From Agriterribacter sp. (GTDB lineage: Bacteria > Bacteroidota > Bacteroidia > Chitinophagales > Chitinophagaceae): DNA of 64,000 nucleotides. Position numbers and translations under genes: made by a program. This document shows positions 20,082 to 29,849 of the stretch, piece by piece; within the stretch, counting starts at the first letter, position 1, and every line of letters begins with the position of its first letter. The notes under the pieces are model-generated. The model ran no database searches. It saw only the letters and a program-made list of their open reading frames with translations, and was not told the DNA's origin. The stretch spans positions 1,838,656 through 1,902,655 of the forward strand of contig JASGIZ010000002.1 of assembly GCA_047601545.1 (NCBI GenBank). The letters are read 5' to 3'.

Positions 20082-20729
20082 TCACGGCGCTAAACGCTCC
20101 ATTTTCCATTCACTGTTTTCCTGTAGTGTATATTGCAAGCGGTCGTGCAGGCGGCTTGGTCTTCCCTGCCAGAATTCTATAACCACCGGTCTTACAATGT
20201 AGCCGCCCCAATAATCCGGTCGCTCAATTTTTTTGCCGGCAAAAAGAGATGCATTCTTCTCATATAAATTATCAAGCCATTGCCTGTTTTCAATTACATG
20301 GCTTTGCGGTGATGTAAGCGCTCCTATTTGTGATCCTTCGGGCCTGGAATGAAAATAATTATTACTTTCCTCTGCCGGCACCTGCTGCACCAAACCTGTT
20401 ATGCGCACCTGGCGTTCTAATTCTTTCCAAAAAAATACAAGGCATGCTTTGGGGTTATCTGCCAGTTGATGCCCTTTAAAGCTTTCGTAGTTGGTAAAAA
20501 AAGTAAAACCCTTTTCAGAAAAATCTTTTAATAAAACTATTCTTGCAGAAGGTATGCCATCAGCGGAAGCGGTAGCAAGTGTCATCGCATTTGCTTCCAG
20601 TATTTCAGATTCAACAGCTTCTTTCCACCATTTGCCGAATTGCTTTATAGGGTCATGCTCCGCATCTTCTTCAAGCAATTGTTTTTTTGCATAATTAATG
20701 CGTATACCTGCAATAGATTTATCTGCCAT
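20082..20729 (-). CDS. pdxH: Pyridoxamine 5'-phosphate oxidase
   Basis: PSARIVLLK, FFTNYESFKG, LERQVRI, EFWQGRPSRLHDR. Confidence 0.97.
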   Translation of the reverse strand: MADKSIAGIRINYAKKQLLEEDAEHDPIKQFGKWWKEAVESEILEANAMTLATASADGIPSARIVLLKDFSEKGFTFFTNYESFKGHQLADNPKACLVFFWKELERQVRITGLVQQVPAEESNNYFHSRPEGSQIGALTSPQSHVIENRQWLDNLYEKNASLFAGKKIERPDYWGGYIVRPVVIEFWQGRPSRLHDRLQYTLQENSEWKMERLAP

Positions 20730-20812
20730 AGTTGGTTGTTAAAGTAATTGCCATGGATACTGCATTAAAAGTATAGAGACTTCATTCGTGTATTCGTGGC
20801 ATTACCTGTCCG

Positions 20813-20886
20813 CAAAGGTAACCCCAAAAAACTTTCGTTTAAATTTTTATCATACGCATTATATATCCTCAATCCTTTTATTTTTG
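20813..20886. promoter_or_regulatory. Divergent -7 promoter elements for pdxH (minus, 20813-20820) and SNF2 helicase (plus, 20879-20886)
   Basis: TACCTTTG on minus strand and TATTTTTG on plus strand. Confidence 0.55.
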
Positions 20887-20912
20887 TCGCCCTGTGTTAT
20901 AATTTTTGAGTG

Positions 20913-23777
20913 ATGGACAAAAAGGAGCTTATTGTTTTGCAGATTTCTCCCGGCGATTTTTTAAGTGTCTCGCCTGTTATAAACAAATTAAATATTGTTA
21001 AAAAGGGAACAACTATCAATCTTAATACAGAGGTATTGGATTGGTCCCTTGTACGTAAGGTTTTCAGAGACGCACCTAAACCATTCAGAGATGTTTTGAT
21101 GGATTGCTGCGAAGAGGCTATTGTGGAGCAGAAGCAGCATATTAAACATTTGCATAGTGTGCAAAGAACGGATATCAGCTGGGATGCTTTCTTTTCAAAA
21201 AATATAGCGGCTTACTGGCATAAAGCATTCGAAACGCTTAAGCCATACTTTTCACTGGTAAAATGGTATCAAAAAAAGCCGCAGCCCGGTAAAAAGAGTT
21301 TTCTTACCGGGCCCTGCTCATTCAGCACATTCAGACCCGCGCTGCAATTTGAGGTGCATAAAAAAAATAACTTGCTCTCACTGCATTGTAATGTTGTGCT
21401 GAATGGTACACAATATGAACTGCATTCATTTAACAGGTTTGAATTTTTCCTGGAAAGCAAAAGCGAATATTTTATGCTTGCTTACCGTGATTATTTAACC
21501 CTTGAAAAAATAAAATTACTTCCTGTTGCCAGTTATGCTTCTGACCCGCAGGCGTTCGCCAAATATATTCTCGCAGACCTTGAAAAAAATTATCCTGTAA
21601 ACAGGAATAATCACTTCCCGGTTAATGAGGTTGTTATAACACCTGTTAACAGGCTTTTGCTGAGTGAATTGAATAATGCTTTTTTAATGCTTACCCCGCA
21701 ATGGTTATATGATGGGATAGTAGCAGAAGGAGAATGGAAGGATACTTTTGAAGTAGTGAAAGATGGTGAAGCCGTAATTATAAAACGCGATAAAGCAATA
21801 GAAGATGGTTTTGTAAAAACAATTGTAGCGCTTCACCCCAATTTCACCAACCAGCGAAACGGCTATTACTATCTATCCTTTGCTGATGCGCAGAAAAAGC
21901 AATGGTTCATGAAAGTGTATCATCAGCTGCTGCAAATGGATATTGAAATAGTGGGTATGGATATGCTGAAATATTTCCGTTACTCACCGCACGAAGCGCT
22001 TACGGAAATGACGCCTGTTCGGGAAAATGAGCAATGGGTGGTATATGAAATGGATCTTTCATTCGGTAAAGAAAAAGTACCACTGGCTGAGTTGCAGAAA
22101 ATGTTGCTGGCTGGCCAAAAAGCATTGTTACTGAAAGATGGCTCGCTTGGTGTATTGGGTGAGGTGTGGATACGGCAATATGCGTCAATAGTAAAGCATG
22201 GCAAAATCAATAATAATGAAATAGAAGTACTGCGATGGATGGCAGTGGCAACCGAAGAAAGCTCCGGCGATGAGATGCCGTTGAAGCAGGCTGTGCAAAA
22301 AAACTGGTGGAGCAAATGGCAGCAATGGCAACGCGAGGATGGTTTGCAATATTCATTGCCCGATGCATTAAATGCGCTTTTGCGCCCTTATCAGCAAAAG
22401 GGCTATGAGTGGTTATTATTGTTGAATGAAATAGGTGCGGGAGCTTGCCTGGCGGATGATATGGGTTTGGGAAAAACATTGCAGAGCATAGCAGCTATCG
22501 TATCTTATATTGCAAAGAAACCTTCTTCAAAAAACATCATCATCTGCCCGTCTTCGCTTATTTATAACTGGCAAAAAGAGTTTGAGCGGTTTGCGCCTGC
22601 CGTAAAAACAGTGGTATATCACGGCGCCAGCCGCAAGAAAGAAGCGCTCACTGATCTTCAGCATCACGTAATTATAACCACATATAGTACTATGCGCAAT
22701 GATGCAGATGATATAGCGGAACAAGGCTACGGTATGGCTGTAATTGATGAAAGTCATAACATCAAAAATCCTTCCACACAAATAGCGCAGGCAGTAATGA
22801 AAATACGTGCTGATTTTCGTTTAGCTCTTAGCGGTACTCCCGTGGTAAATAATACATTCGATCTCTATTCACAACTCAATTTTGTTGTGCCGGGTTTATT
22901 TGGCAGCAGGGAGTTTTTTAAAAGAGAATATGCTGATCCTATTGACAGCAGGCAGGATGAAGAAAAAGTAGCCGCTTTAAAAAAATTAACCGCACCGTTT
23001 ATTCTGCGCCGTACCAAGGAGCAGGTAGCAAAAGATTTACCCGATAAAACAGAATCTGTATTGTGGTGCGAAATGAACGGCTTGCAGCGTAATGTATATG
23101 AAGATATTTTGCAGCAAACGCGTAACAGTATTTTTCTTGAAGTAAAGAAAAACGGGTTATCTAAAAGTAAGTTTTCTATTCTGCAGGGTATGACAAAGCT
23201 AAGGCAGGTGTGCAGTTCGCCTTTATTGCTTCCTGAAGATGATAAACAGGTACCCTGCCCGGAATCTGTAAAGGTGCAGGTATTGATGGATGAGCTGACG
23301 AATATTTTGCCATCACATAAAGCGCTGGTGTTTTCTCAATTCAGTTCCATGCTGCATTTGCTGGCTGAGGAATGTACAAATCGGGGTTTTTCTTTTTATC
23401 ATTTTGACGGGCAAACGCCTCCGGCCAAAAGAGCTGAAATGGTGAATGCGTTTCAGGAGCCGGGTAATGAAGTGCCTTTGTTCCTGATTAGTCTTAAAGC
23501 GGGTAATACAGGTCTTACGTTAACTGCGGCGGATTATGTATTCCTCTTCGATCCCTGGTGGAATACAGCCATAGAAGATCAGGCGATAGACAGAACACAT
23601 CGTATAGGACAAACAAAGAATGTTTTTGCCTATAAGATGATCTGCAAAGATACCATTGAAGAAAAAATCATCAACCTGCAACAGAAGAAGAAAAAGCTGT
23701 CTGAAGATTTGGTATCGGCAGATGAGGGCTTCGTGAAATCACTGACAGAAGAAGATATAGCGTATTTGTTTGGTTAG
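20913..23777 (+). CDS. SNF2-family (DEAD/DEAH-box) helicase
   Basis: LRPYQ, LADDMGLGKTLQ, IDESHNIKN, LSGTPVVN, LISLKAGNTGLTLT, QAIDRTHRIGQ. Confidence 0.93.
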   Translation: MDKKELIVLQISPGDFLSVSPVINKLNIVKKGTTINLNTEVLDWSLVRKVFRDAPKPFRDVLMDCCEEAIVEQKQHIKHLHSVQRTDISWDAFFSKNIAAYWHKAFETLKPYFSLVKWYQKKPQPGKKSFLTGPCSFSTFRPALQFEVHKKNNLLSLHCNVVLNGTQYELHSFNRFEFFLESKSEYFMLAYRDYLTLEKIKLLPVASYASDPQAFAKYILADLEKNYPVNRNNHFPVNEVVITPVNRLLLSELNNAFLMLTPQWLYDGIVAEGEWKDTFEVVKDGEAVIIKRDKAIEDGFVKTIVALHPNFTNQRNGYYYLSFADAQKKQWFMKVYHQLLQMDIEIVGMDMLKYFRYSPHEALTEMTPVRENEQWVVYEMDLSFGKEKVPLAELQKMLLAGQKALLLKDGSLGVLGEVWIRQYASIVKHGKINNNEIEVLRWMAVATEESSGDEMPLKQAVQKNWWSKWQQWQREDGLQYSLPDALNALLRPYQQKGYEWLLLLNEIGAGACLADDMGLGKTLQSIAAIVSYIAKKPSSKNIIICPSSLIYNWQKEFERFAPAVKTVVYHGASRKKEALTDLQHHVIITTYSTMRNDADDIAEQGYGMAVIDESHNIKNPSTQIAQAVMKIRADFRLALSGTPVVNNTFDLYSQLNFVVPGLFGSREFFKREYADPIDSRQDEEKVAALKKLTAPFILRRTKEQVAKDLPDKTESVLWCEMNGLQRNVYEDILQQTRNSIFLEVKKNGLSKSKFSILQGMTKLRQVCSSPLLLPEDDKQVPCPESVKVQVLMDELTNILPSHKALVFSQFSSMLHLLAEECTNRGFSFYHFDGQTPPAKRAEMVNAFQEPGNEVPLFLISLKAGNTGLTLTAADYVFLFDPWWNTAIEDQAIDRTHRIGQTKNVFAYKMICKDTIEEKIINLQQKKKKLSEDLVSADEGFVKSLTEEDIAYLFG

Positions 23778-23943
23778 GATTGCTGTTGTTTTATTTTTAT
23801 GTTATCAGCTTCTGCATTACTATTGAGCTTTTTTTGGCCCTTGTACTGAAACAATACTATTCGGCTTACCATGAACGCTAAACTGCAAATCGGCAACCGT
23901 TATTTACATGGCGGCCCGTATATGGTATTGCTGCGCCTAAGCA

Positions 23944-23992
23944 TGTCGCCGGAGGCGACAAAAAAATGGTGCGTGGCGAAGACGCCACGCAC
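23944..23992. repeat. Two adjacent GC-rich REP-like palindromes
   Basis: TGTCGCC-GGA-GGCGACA and GTGCGTGGCG-AAGA-CGCCACGCAC. Confidence 0.6.
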
Positions 23993-24112
23993 AGCAGGAT
24001 TAGAATTAGCTGCCCAATTTTTTTACCAACACCCGGCTGTTAATTAACTATGAAAAATGTACCTGCTTAAATATATTACATAAAAACATTTATCTTCGCC
24101 TTTTACGGCACA

Positions 24113-24169
24113 GGAAATGGTGTCTTCCTACTGAACCGCCCCGCTAAAGGCAGGGCTGATGGCGCCTAC
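24113..24169 (+). promoter_or_regulatory. Fluoride riboswitch (crcB motif)
   Basis: GGAAATGGTGTCTTCC...AACCGCC...GCTGATGGCGCCTAC fits the family pattern; directly upstream of a CLC-F gene. Confidence 0.92.
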
Positions 24170-24213
24170 AGATTATAAGCAATGTATTGCTGTATATACT
24201 ATAATTTGTAGGA

Positions 24214-25557
24214 ATGAAAAAGGTAAAAGCTTCTTTTGAACATCTCTTTATTGTTTCTTATCTTTTTAAATGGACTTTATTAACGCTGCCTGTTTCATTG
24301 GTTGCAGGTTCGCTGGTTGCTTTATTTTTATGGCTGCTTGAAAAAGCAATTGATTTCAGGGTTGCCAATCCGTGGTTGTTATTTCTACTGCCCGTTGCCG
24401 GTATTTTCATCTATGTCTTACATAAATATTCAGGCAAAAATGCTGAAGGCGGTAATAATCTCATTATGGATGAAATACATGAACCGGGAGGTGGTATTCC
24501 TTTCAGGATGGCTCCGCTTGTACTGATTACCACGGTCATTACACATTTGTTTGGCGGATCGGCAGGCAGGGAAGGTACTGCTGTGCAGATTGGAGGGAGC
24601 ATCGCTCAATTCTTTGCAAAAAAATTAAAGCTGTCGCAGGAGGATGTAAAAACTCTTTTGATGACAGGTATTGCCGCAGGATTTGGTGCCGTGTTCGGTA
24701 CTCCCGTTACAGGCGCCATTTTTGCACTGGAAGTACTTGCATTAGGCAGAATAAAATATGATGCCCTGATGCCCTGCTTTATTGCCAGTGTGTTTGCAGA
24801 TATAGTCTGCGCTGCATGGGGTATTCATCATACACATTACCACATTAATTTAGCCAGAGAAGCCGTTGTGTTTTTTAACTATTTCCATTTTAATTTTCCA
24901 TTGTTTATTAAAACAATTATAGCCGGGGTGGCTTTCGGACTTGCCGGCTATATGTTTGCTGAATTATCTCATACTATAAAAAATTACAGTAACCGGTGGA
25001 TTAAAGTTAAATGGCTGATCCCGGCAATTGGTGGCGCCGTTATTATCCTGTTCTCTTTTGTATTAGGCACACAGGACTATCTCAGCCTCGGCGTAAGTAA
25101 TCCTGACCCGAAAGCGGTTTCTATTATATCCTGCTTTAATGAAGGAGGAGCTACGTATTTCAGTTGGCTGTGGAAATTATTGTTTACAGCCATCACGCTT
25201 GGCACCGGCTTTAAGGGCGGGGAAGTGACCCCGTTGTTTTTTATCGGCGCTGCATTAGGCAATACCATCGCCACACTTACCGGCGCACCGGTCGACCTTA
25301 TGGCCGGGCTTGGATTTATAGCGGTATTTGCAGGCGCTACCAATACCCCTATTGCCTGTACTATTATGGGTGTAGAGCTGTTTGGAGCAGACAACGTATT
25401 GTATTATGCCATAGCCTGCTTCACAGCTTACTATTTCAGCGGGCACTCCGGTATTTATAATGCACAGCGTATCGGCGTTTCTAAAGTAGATAAGTTAAAT
25501 CATCATACCAATGAAACCTTACGTGAGTTGCGGCAAAAGCGTTTTAAAAACCATTAA
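24214..25557 (+). CDS. eriC: CLC-F type fluoride/proton antiporter (EriC family)
   Basis: CLC-F signature motifs GNNLI, GREGT, GEVTP. Confidence 0.92.
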   Translation: MKKVKASFEHLFIVSYLFKWTLLTLPVSLVAGSLVALFLWLLEKAIDFRVANPWLLFLLPVAGIFIYVLHKYSGKNAEGGNNLIMDEIHEPGGGIPFRMAPLVLITTVITHLFGGSAGREGTAVQIGGSIAQFFAKKLKLSQEDVKTLLMTGIAAGFGAVFGTPVTGAIFALEVLALGRIKYDALMPCFIASVFADIVCAAWGIHHTHYHINLAREAVVFFNYFHFNFPLFIKTIIAGVAFGLAGYMFAELSHTIKNYSNRWIKVKWLIPAIGGAVIILFSFVLGTQDYLSLGVSNPDPKAVSIISCFNEGGATYFSWLWKLLFTAITLGTGFKGGEVTPLFFIGAALGNTIATLTGAPVDLMAGLGFIAVFAGATNTPIACTIMGVELFGADNVLYYAIACFTAYYFSGHSGIYNAQRIGVSKVDKLNHHTNETLRELRQKRFKNH

Positions 25558-25676
25558 GAAGTTAAGGGTCATTAAGACTTTTTTCTTAATTTTCTTAATG
25601 CCTTAGGGTTAATTATAAGAACTAATAGTGTTCCCGAATAATAAATATCATATGTCATGAAAACCGGAAATCTATA

Positions 25677-26390
25677 TTACGCTGTAACCAGCGTTCCCAC
25701 CTTTTCCCCGTTTACCACTTTAAGCAGGTTGCCGGGCTTGTTCATATCGAAAACAATAATCGGCAATTTGTTTTCCATGCACAATGTAAAAGCCGTCATA
25801 TCCATCACCTTCAGGTTTTTATCAATGCATTCTTTGAAAGTAATGGTTTCATATTTTTTCGCGTCAGGATTTTTTTCAGGATCAGCAGTATATATACCAT
25901 CCACTCTTGTTCCTTTCAATATAACATCTGCCTTAATTTCAATAGCTCTTAAAGAGCCTGCGGTATCAGTAGTAAAATATGGGTTACCCGTGCCTGCGCC
26001 AAAAATCACCACTCTTTGTTTTTCAAGATGACGCATTGCACGCCTGCGGATATAAGGTTCCGCTATCTGTTCCATTTTTATTGCACTTAGCAGGCGTGTA
26101 TATAATCCTTCTTTTTCCATGGCTGCCTGTAACGCCATGCCATTAATTACGGTTGCCAGCATTCCCATATAATCCCCGTGTGCCCGCTCTATACCGGTTT
26201 CAGATTCATTCATTCCCCTGTAAATATTACCACCGCCAATTACTATGGCCACTTCTACCCCAGCATCATGAATAGATTTGATCTCCTGTGCATATTGCTT
26301 TAAAACAACGGGATCTAAGCCAAAGCCACTATTGCCAATTAAGGATTCGCCGGAGAGTTTCAGAAGGATGCGCTTGTACTTTTGTGCCAT
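25677..26390 (-). CDS. pyrH: UMP kinase
   Basis: [35 protein letters not shown]. Confidence 0.97.
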   Translation of the reverse strand: MAQKYKRILLKLSGESLIGNSGFGLDPVVLKQYAQEIKSIHDAGVEVAIVIGGGNIYRGMNESETGIERAHGDYMGMLATVINGMALQAAMEKEGLYTRLLSAIKMEQIAEPYIRRRAMRHLEKQRVVIFGAGTGNPYFTTDTAGSLRAIEIKADVILKGTRVDGIYTADPEKNPDAKKYETITFKECIDKNLKVMDMTAFTLCMENKLPIIVFDMNKPGNLLKVVNGEKVGTLVTA

Positions 26391-26643
26391 AGAGAGGAAA
26401 AATTTGCGCTGCGAAGATAGGGGAAGAAATGGTTACAGGCAATTCTTAAACTTTTGGAATAGGCTATTTACCACAGCGCAATAAAATCTATATGATTTGT
26501 GCTATGTTGTGATAAGGGTAGCCCCTGCGGCGCAAAGCTTTTGGTGTGATTTTTTTCTACAAACAGATAGCCTTCCTGAGGCTTCTTGCAATTGTAACCG
26601 TAAATAAAAATATTTGGATGCAGGAGTAATAGTGATACTATAC

Positions 26644-26862
26644 TTAGTGAACAATTTTTGATATCCTTTCTATTTGTCCGTCTTTAAATTTCTTAATAAC
26701 CCACCCATCCTCAATTGTAACTACAAATCCCATTACATGCATTGCTCTCAACGCCGCACGCCTTCCTGCTGCTCTTGCCTGCCTTACTATTGTACGTTTT
26801 GTAAGATCCACAAATCCATTTGTCCTGCTGCCGGTATTTCTCTTCTTTTGGATCGTTCTCAT
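26644..26862 (-). CDS. Small basic hypothetical protein
   Basis: 72-aa ORF ending GFVVTIEDGWVIKKFKDGQIERISKI; protein-like composition. Confidence 0.55.
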   Translation of the reverse strand: MRTIQKKRNTGSRTNGFVDLTKRTIVRQARAAGRRAALRAMHVMGFVVTIEDGWVIKKFKDGQIERISKIVH

Positions 26863-26896
26863 ATATTAAAGTTACAAAAAGTAAACGAATCAATTG

Positions 26897-27574
26897 TCAC
26901 ACCCAGTTATTCTTATGCGCCAGGCTAATAACCTGCGCTTTGGAATTAACGTGCAGCTTTTCATATATATTGGCGATATGCTTGCGAACAGTAAGTACAC
27001 TAAGGTTTAATGCGGAAGCGATGCGCTTGGCATCCCAGCCGTTTACCATTTGCTGTAATATTTCTTTTTCTCTTTCGGTAATGGCAGCAGGTAAGTTAGT
27101 TTCCGCTTTTGTTTCTGCACTACTACCCGAGCGACTTAACAATTGAAGCGCTTTCCTGGCAATGGCCGGGCTCATGGGCGCGCCCTGGTATTTCAGCACA
27201 TTTACTATGGCATCTTCCAGGGCGGCAGCGCTTTCATGTTTCAGCAGGTATCCTGAGGCGCCGGCTTTAATGGCATCGAATATCTTTTCATCATCGTCAA
27301 ATACGGTCAGCACAATAAAATGGATCTGAGGATATAAGCTCTTTGCGAGCGCTATCGTTTGTATGCCATCTAATTCCGGCATTTCAATATCCATGAAAAT
27401 GATCTGCGGCAGCTTGTTAAAAGGCAGGCCTTTCAGCTCCTCTAAGCATTCGTTGCCATTTTTGGCAATGAATGAAAGCTTGTAATCATGCAGTATATTT
27501 ATTTTCTGCAGAAAAGTATTCCTGTTGATCGCATTGTCTTCTGCAAGCGCTATTATCACCGGCTTATTTTCCAT
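26897..27574 (-). CDS. NarL/LuxR-family response regulator
   Basis: LAEDN, IFMDIEMP, GASGYLLK receiver; ITEREKEIL...TVRKHIANIYEKLHV HTH. Start chosen at MENKPV. Confidence 0.92.
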   Translation of the reverse strand: MENKPVIIALAEDNAINRNTFLQKINILHDYKLSFIAKNGNECLEELKGLPFNKLPQIIFMDIEMPELDGIQTIALAKSLYPQIHFIVLTVFDDDEKIFDAIKAGASGYLLKHESAAALEDAIVNVLKYQGAPMSPAIARKALQLLSRSGSSAETKAETNLPAAITEREKEILQQMVNGWDAKRIASALNLSVLTVRKHIANIYEKLHVNSKAQVISLAHKNNWV

Positions 27575-27615
27575 ATTATGCACAATTTCGTTTTGGCGGA
27601 AATATTTTCCAATAA

Positions 27616-28857
27616 TCAATTTGTAGTAGGTGAAATTATTACGCTTGTCCCCCTGCCTGCTTCGGATAGCCATTCTATATCCCAGCCTGTTTCCTTAGCT
27701 CTTTCTTTCATATTGATCAGCCCGTTACCATCTTTTGATTGCTGCATTATTCCTGCCCCGTTATCTGCAATAGTGATCTTCCAGCCTGCAGCTGTGCTTT
27801 CAGTAATAATATCAACCTTTGTTCCCTTGCTATGCTTCAGCGCGTTGTTGATGGCTTCCTGCACGATGCGGAAAAGATGAAATGCATGAGATGGGCTTAA
27901 TATCATGTCGTTGTCAATTTTTTCCGTAACATTCATTGAGACCGTTGGATAACTGTTTTGGATACGTTGTATAAATATCTTAATACGGTCGCTGATAGCA
28001 GTCAGGGCAAGCGCGTCTTTCTTTAATGCCCATATCGTATCATTCAACTGGGCTACAATTGCCTGTGAATTATTGCGTAATTCCTGAACAGCTATGCTTC
28101 CTGATGAATGCTGTGTTACTGGTTCTATAAAATCAAGATTAGAAACAATGGACGCAGCATAAGCGCCAAGGTTATCGTGCAGATCCGCGGCTATGCGCTT
28201 CCGTTCATTCTCTTCTGCTTTGGCTATGGATTGCAGGGCAATGCTTTTTTCTTTTTCGAGCATTGCGTTCAGCCTGATCTTTTCCCTTTTGCGATAACCT
28301 GTAAACATGATCCACGCGATCACCAAAGCAAAAAAAGCAATGCCAAGCAAAGCATAAAACCGGTTGTTTTTATTGGTGATGTCAAGCTTTTGCTGGATAA
28401 TGGTATTTTCTTTTTTCTGTACTTCATATTGGGTTTGCAATTCAGCAATTGCCTGCGCTGAGTTGTATTTGTAGAGCGAATCTTTGGCTACTATGATCTG
28501 CTCAAGCATTTGCTCATACGCTGCATCATCCTCCACCATTTTATAGCACCTGGCAAGTAACTGGTAATAGTCTAACCTTATAGTAATGGCGTTGGTATAA
28601 CTTTGCTCATCGCCCGGAAGCGGAGCATGTACGTCGCCAACCAGCAGGGCATCTTTACAGAACTGAATAGCCTTTTTAACCTGGTTGGTCTGTACATAAA
28701 ACCCGGCAAGGCTGCTCCGGACGGCCAGCTTCCCGCTGTTTGAAAAAGGAGGAAGTGTTGATTGTAAAGAAAATGCTGCGCTGGTTACACTCAGTATACC
28801 CAAATTTAAGGAAGCAGTTGGCGTTAGCATTACAAACAATGCGAAGCTGGCAGGCAT
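27616..28857 (-). CDS. HisKA_3 sensor histidine kinase, apparently 5'-truncated (native sequence to about 28725)
   Basis: One TPR-like segment, TM helix, ERKRIAADLHDNLG, EAINNALKHS, DNGAG, GNGLINMKERA. The first about 43 codons are the antisense of the neighbouring gene. Confidence 0.8.
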   Translation of the reverse strand: MPASFALFVMLTPTASLNLGILSVTSAAFSLQSTLPPFSNSGKLAVRSSLAGFYVQTNQVKKAIQFCKDALLVGDVHAPLPGDEQSYTNAITIRLDYYQLLARCYKMVEDDAAYEQMLEQIIVAKDSLYKYNSAQAIAELQTQYEVQKKENTIIQQKLDITNKNNRFYALLGIAFFALVIAWIMFTGYRKREKIRLNAMLEKEKSIALQSIAKAEENERKRIAADLHDNLGAYAASIVSNLDFIEPVTQHSSGSIAVQELRNNSQAIVAQLNDTIWALKKDALALTAISDRIKIFIQRIQNSYPTVSMNVTEKIDNDMILSPSHAFHLFRIVQEAINNALKHSKGTKVDIITESTAAGWKITIADNGAGIMQQSKDGNGLINMKERAKETGWDIEWLSEAGRGTSVIISPTTN

Positions 28858-29746
28858 TGATATGAGTGCGCTGGAGTCGTTAACCAGCTTTTACATGACC
28901 GGAGGTTATGAAACGGTGCAGGCGCTCACTTCATTCGACCTTCCGGCGCTGAAAAAATGCGGACAGTTCACTATCATAAATTGCCCGGGCATTACCAACT
29001 TAGATGGTTTTGCCAGCCTTGAAACCGTAAACGGCGATCTGACTATCTCCAATGCCCAGATTCCGGGGGCAAGCATAAAGCTGAAAACGATCAACGGGTT
29101 CAATAAGCTCACCAGTATTACTTACTCGCTGCTTCTTGAACAGGCAGCAAGCTCCGGTGACGGGCTTGTGGGTTATGATGGCCCGCTTACAAGCATTAAA
29201 GGATTTAAGAACCTGAAAACTGTTGGTGCGATGTTCAATATTGGTGGCAAGAACCTTATCGATATTTCAGGATTCGCGAACTTGGAATCAATTGGGCAGG
29301 ATACAAGGATAATCACTACAGGCTTAACCGGGCTGGAAGGACTGGCAAAATTAAAATCAGCAGGTTTAAAAGAAAGCAGGCTCATTTATATCCAGACTAA
29401 TACCAAACTCACTTCTATCAAAGGGCTGGCTGCGCTTGCAGATATTTCAGGTATCTATTTTACACGTAACCCCGAGTTAAAAGACCTGCAGGGGCTGGAA
29501 AAAATAAAATCAATGAAATATGGTATTGTCCTGAGCGTCAATGATAAGCTTGCCAATATTGATGGTTTGGCAAATGTAGAAGGCGCTATTAACGGCATCA
29601 CTATATCGGAGAATAAAATACTGAGCAGTTTGTGTGGCATAACCAAACTCATAAAAGGCGGCGGCAATACCGGTGTTTACCGTGTTTCCTCCAATGCTTA
29701 TAACCCTGCTGTAGATGATATAAAAAGCGGCAAGTGCAGTAATTAG
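28727..29746 (+). pseudogene. Receptor-L-domain/leucine-rich repeat surface protein, 5'-truncated
   Basis: Repeats such as NLDGFASLETVNGDLTIS, LKDLQGLEKI, LANIDGLANV. Frame continues upstream of the track ATG (FPLFEKGGSVDCKENAAL...) to a stop at 28697 with no start or signal peptide. Confidence 0.7.
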
Positions 29747-29763
29747 GTTTTTTTAGTCAACAC

Positions 29764-29826
29764 AATCACGGAGAGTGATTATCAGGTTAGTCAACGACCT
29801 GATGATCCAGCTCTCCGTGATTTTTT
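29764..29826. terminator. Long hairpin between convergent genes
   Basis: AATCACGGAGAG / CTCTCCGTGATT 12-bp arms with inner ATCAGGT/ACCTGAT stem, T-tract after. Confidence 0.65.
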
Positions 29827-29849
29827 AAAAAAGTAGTCTTTTTTATTGT

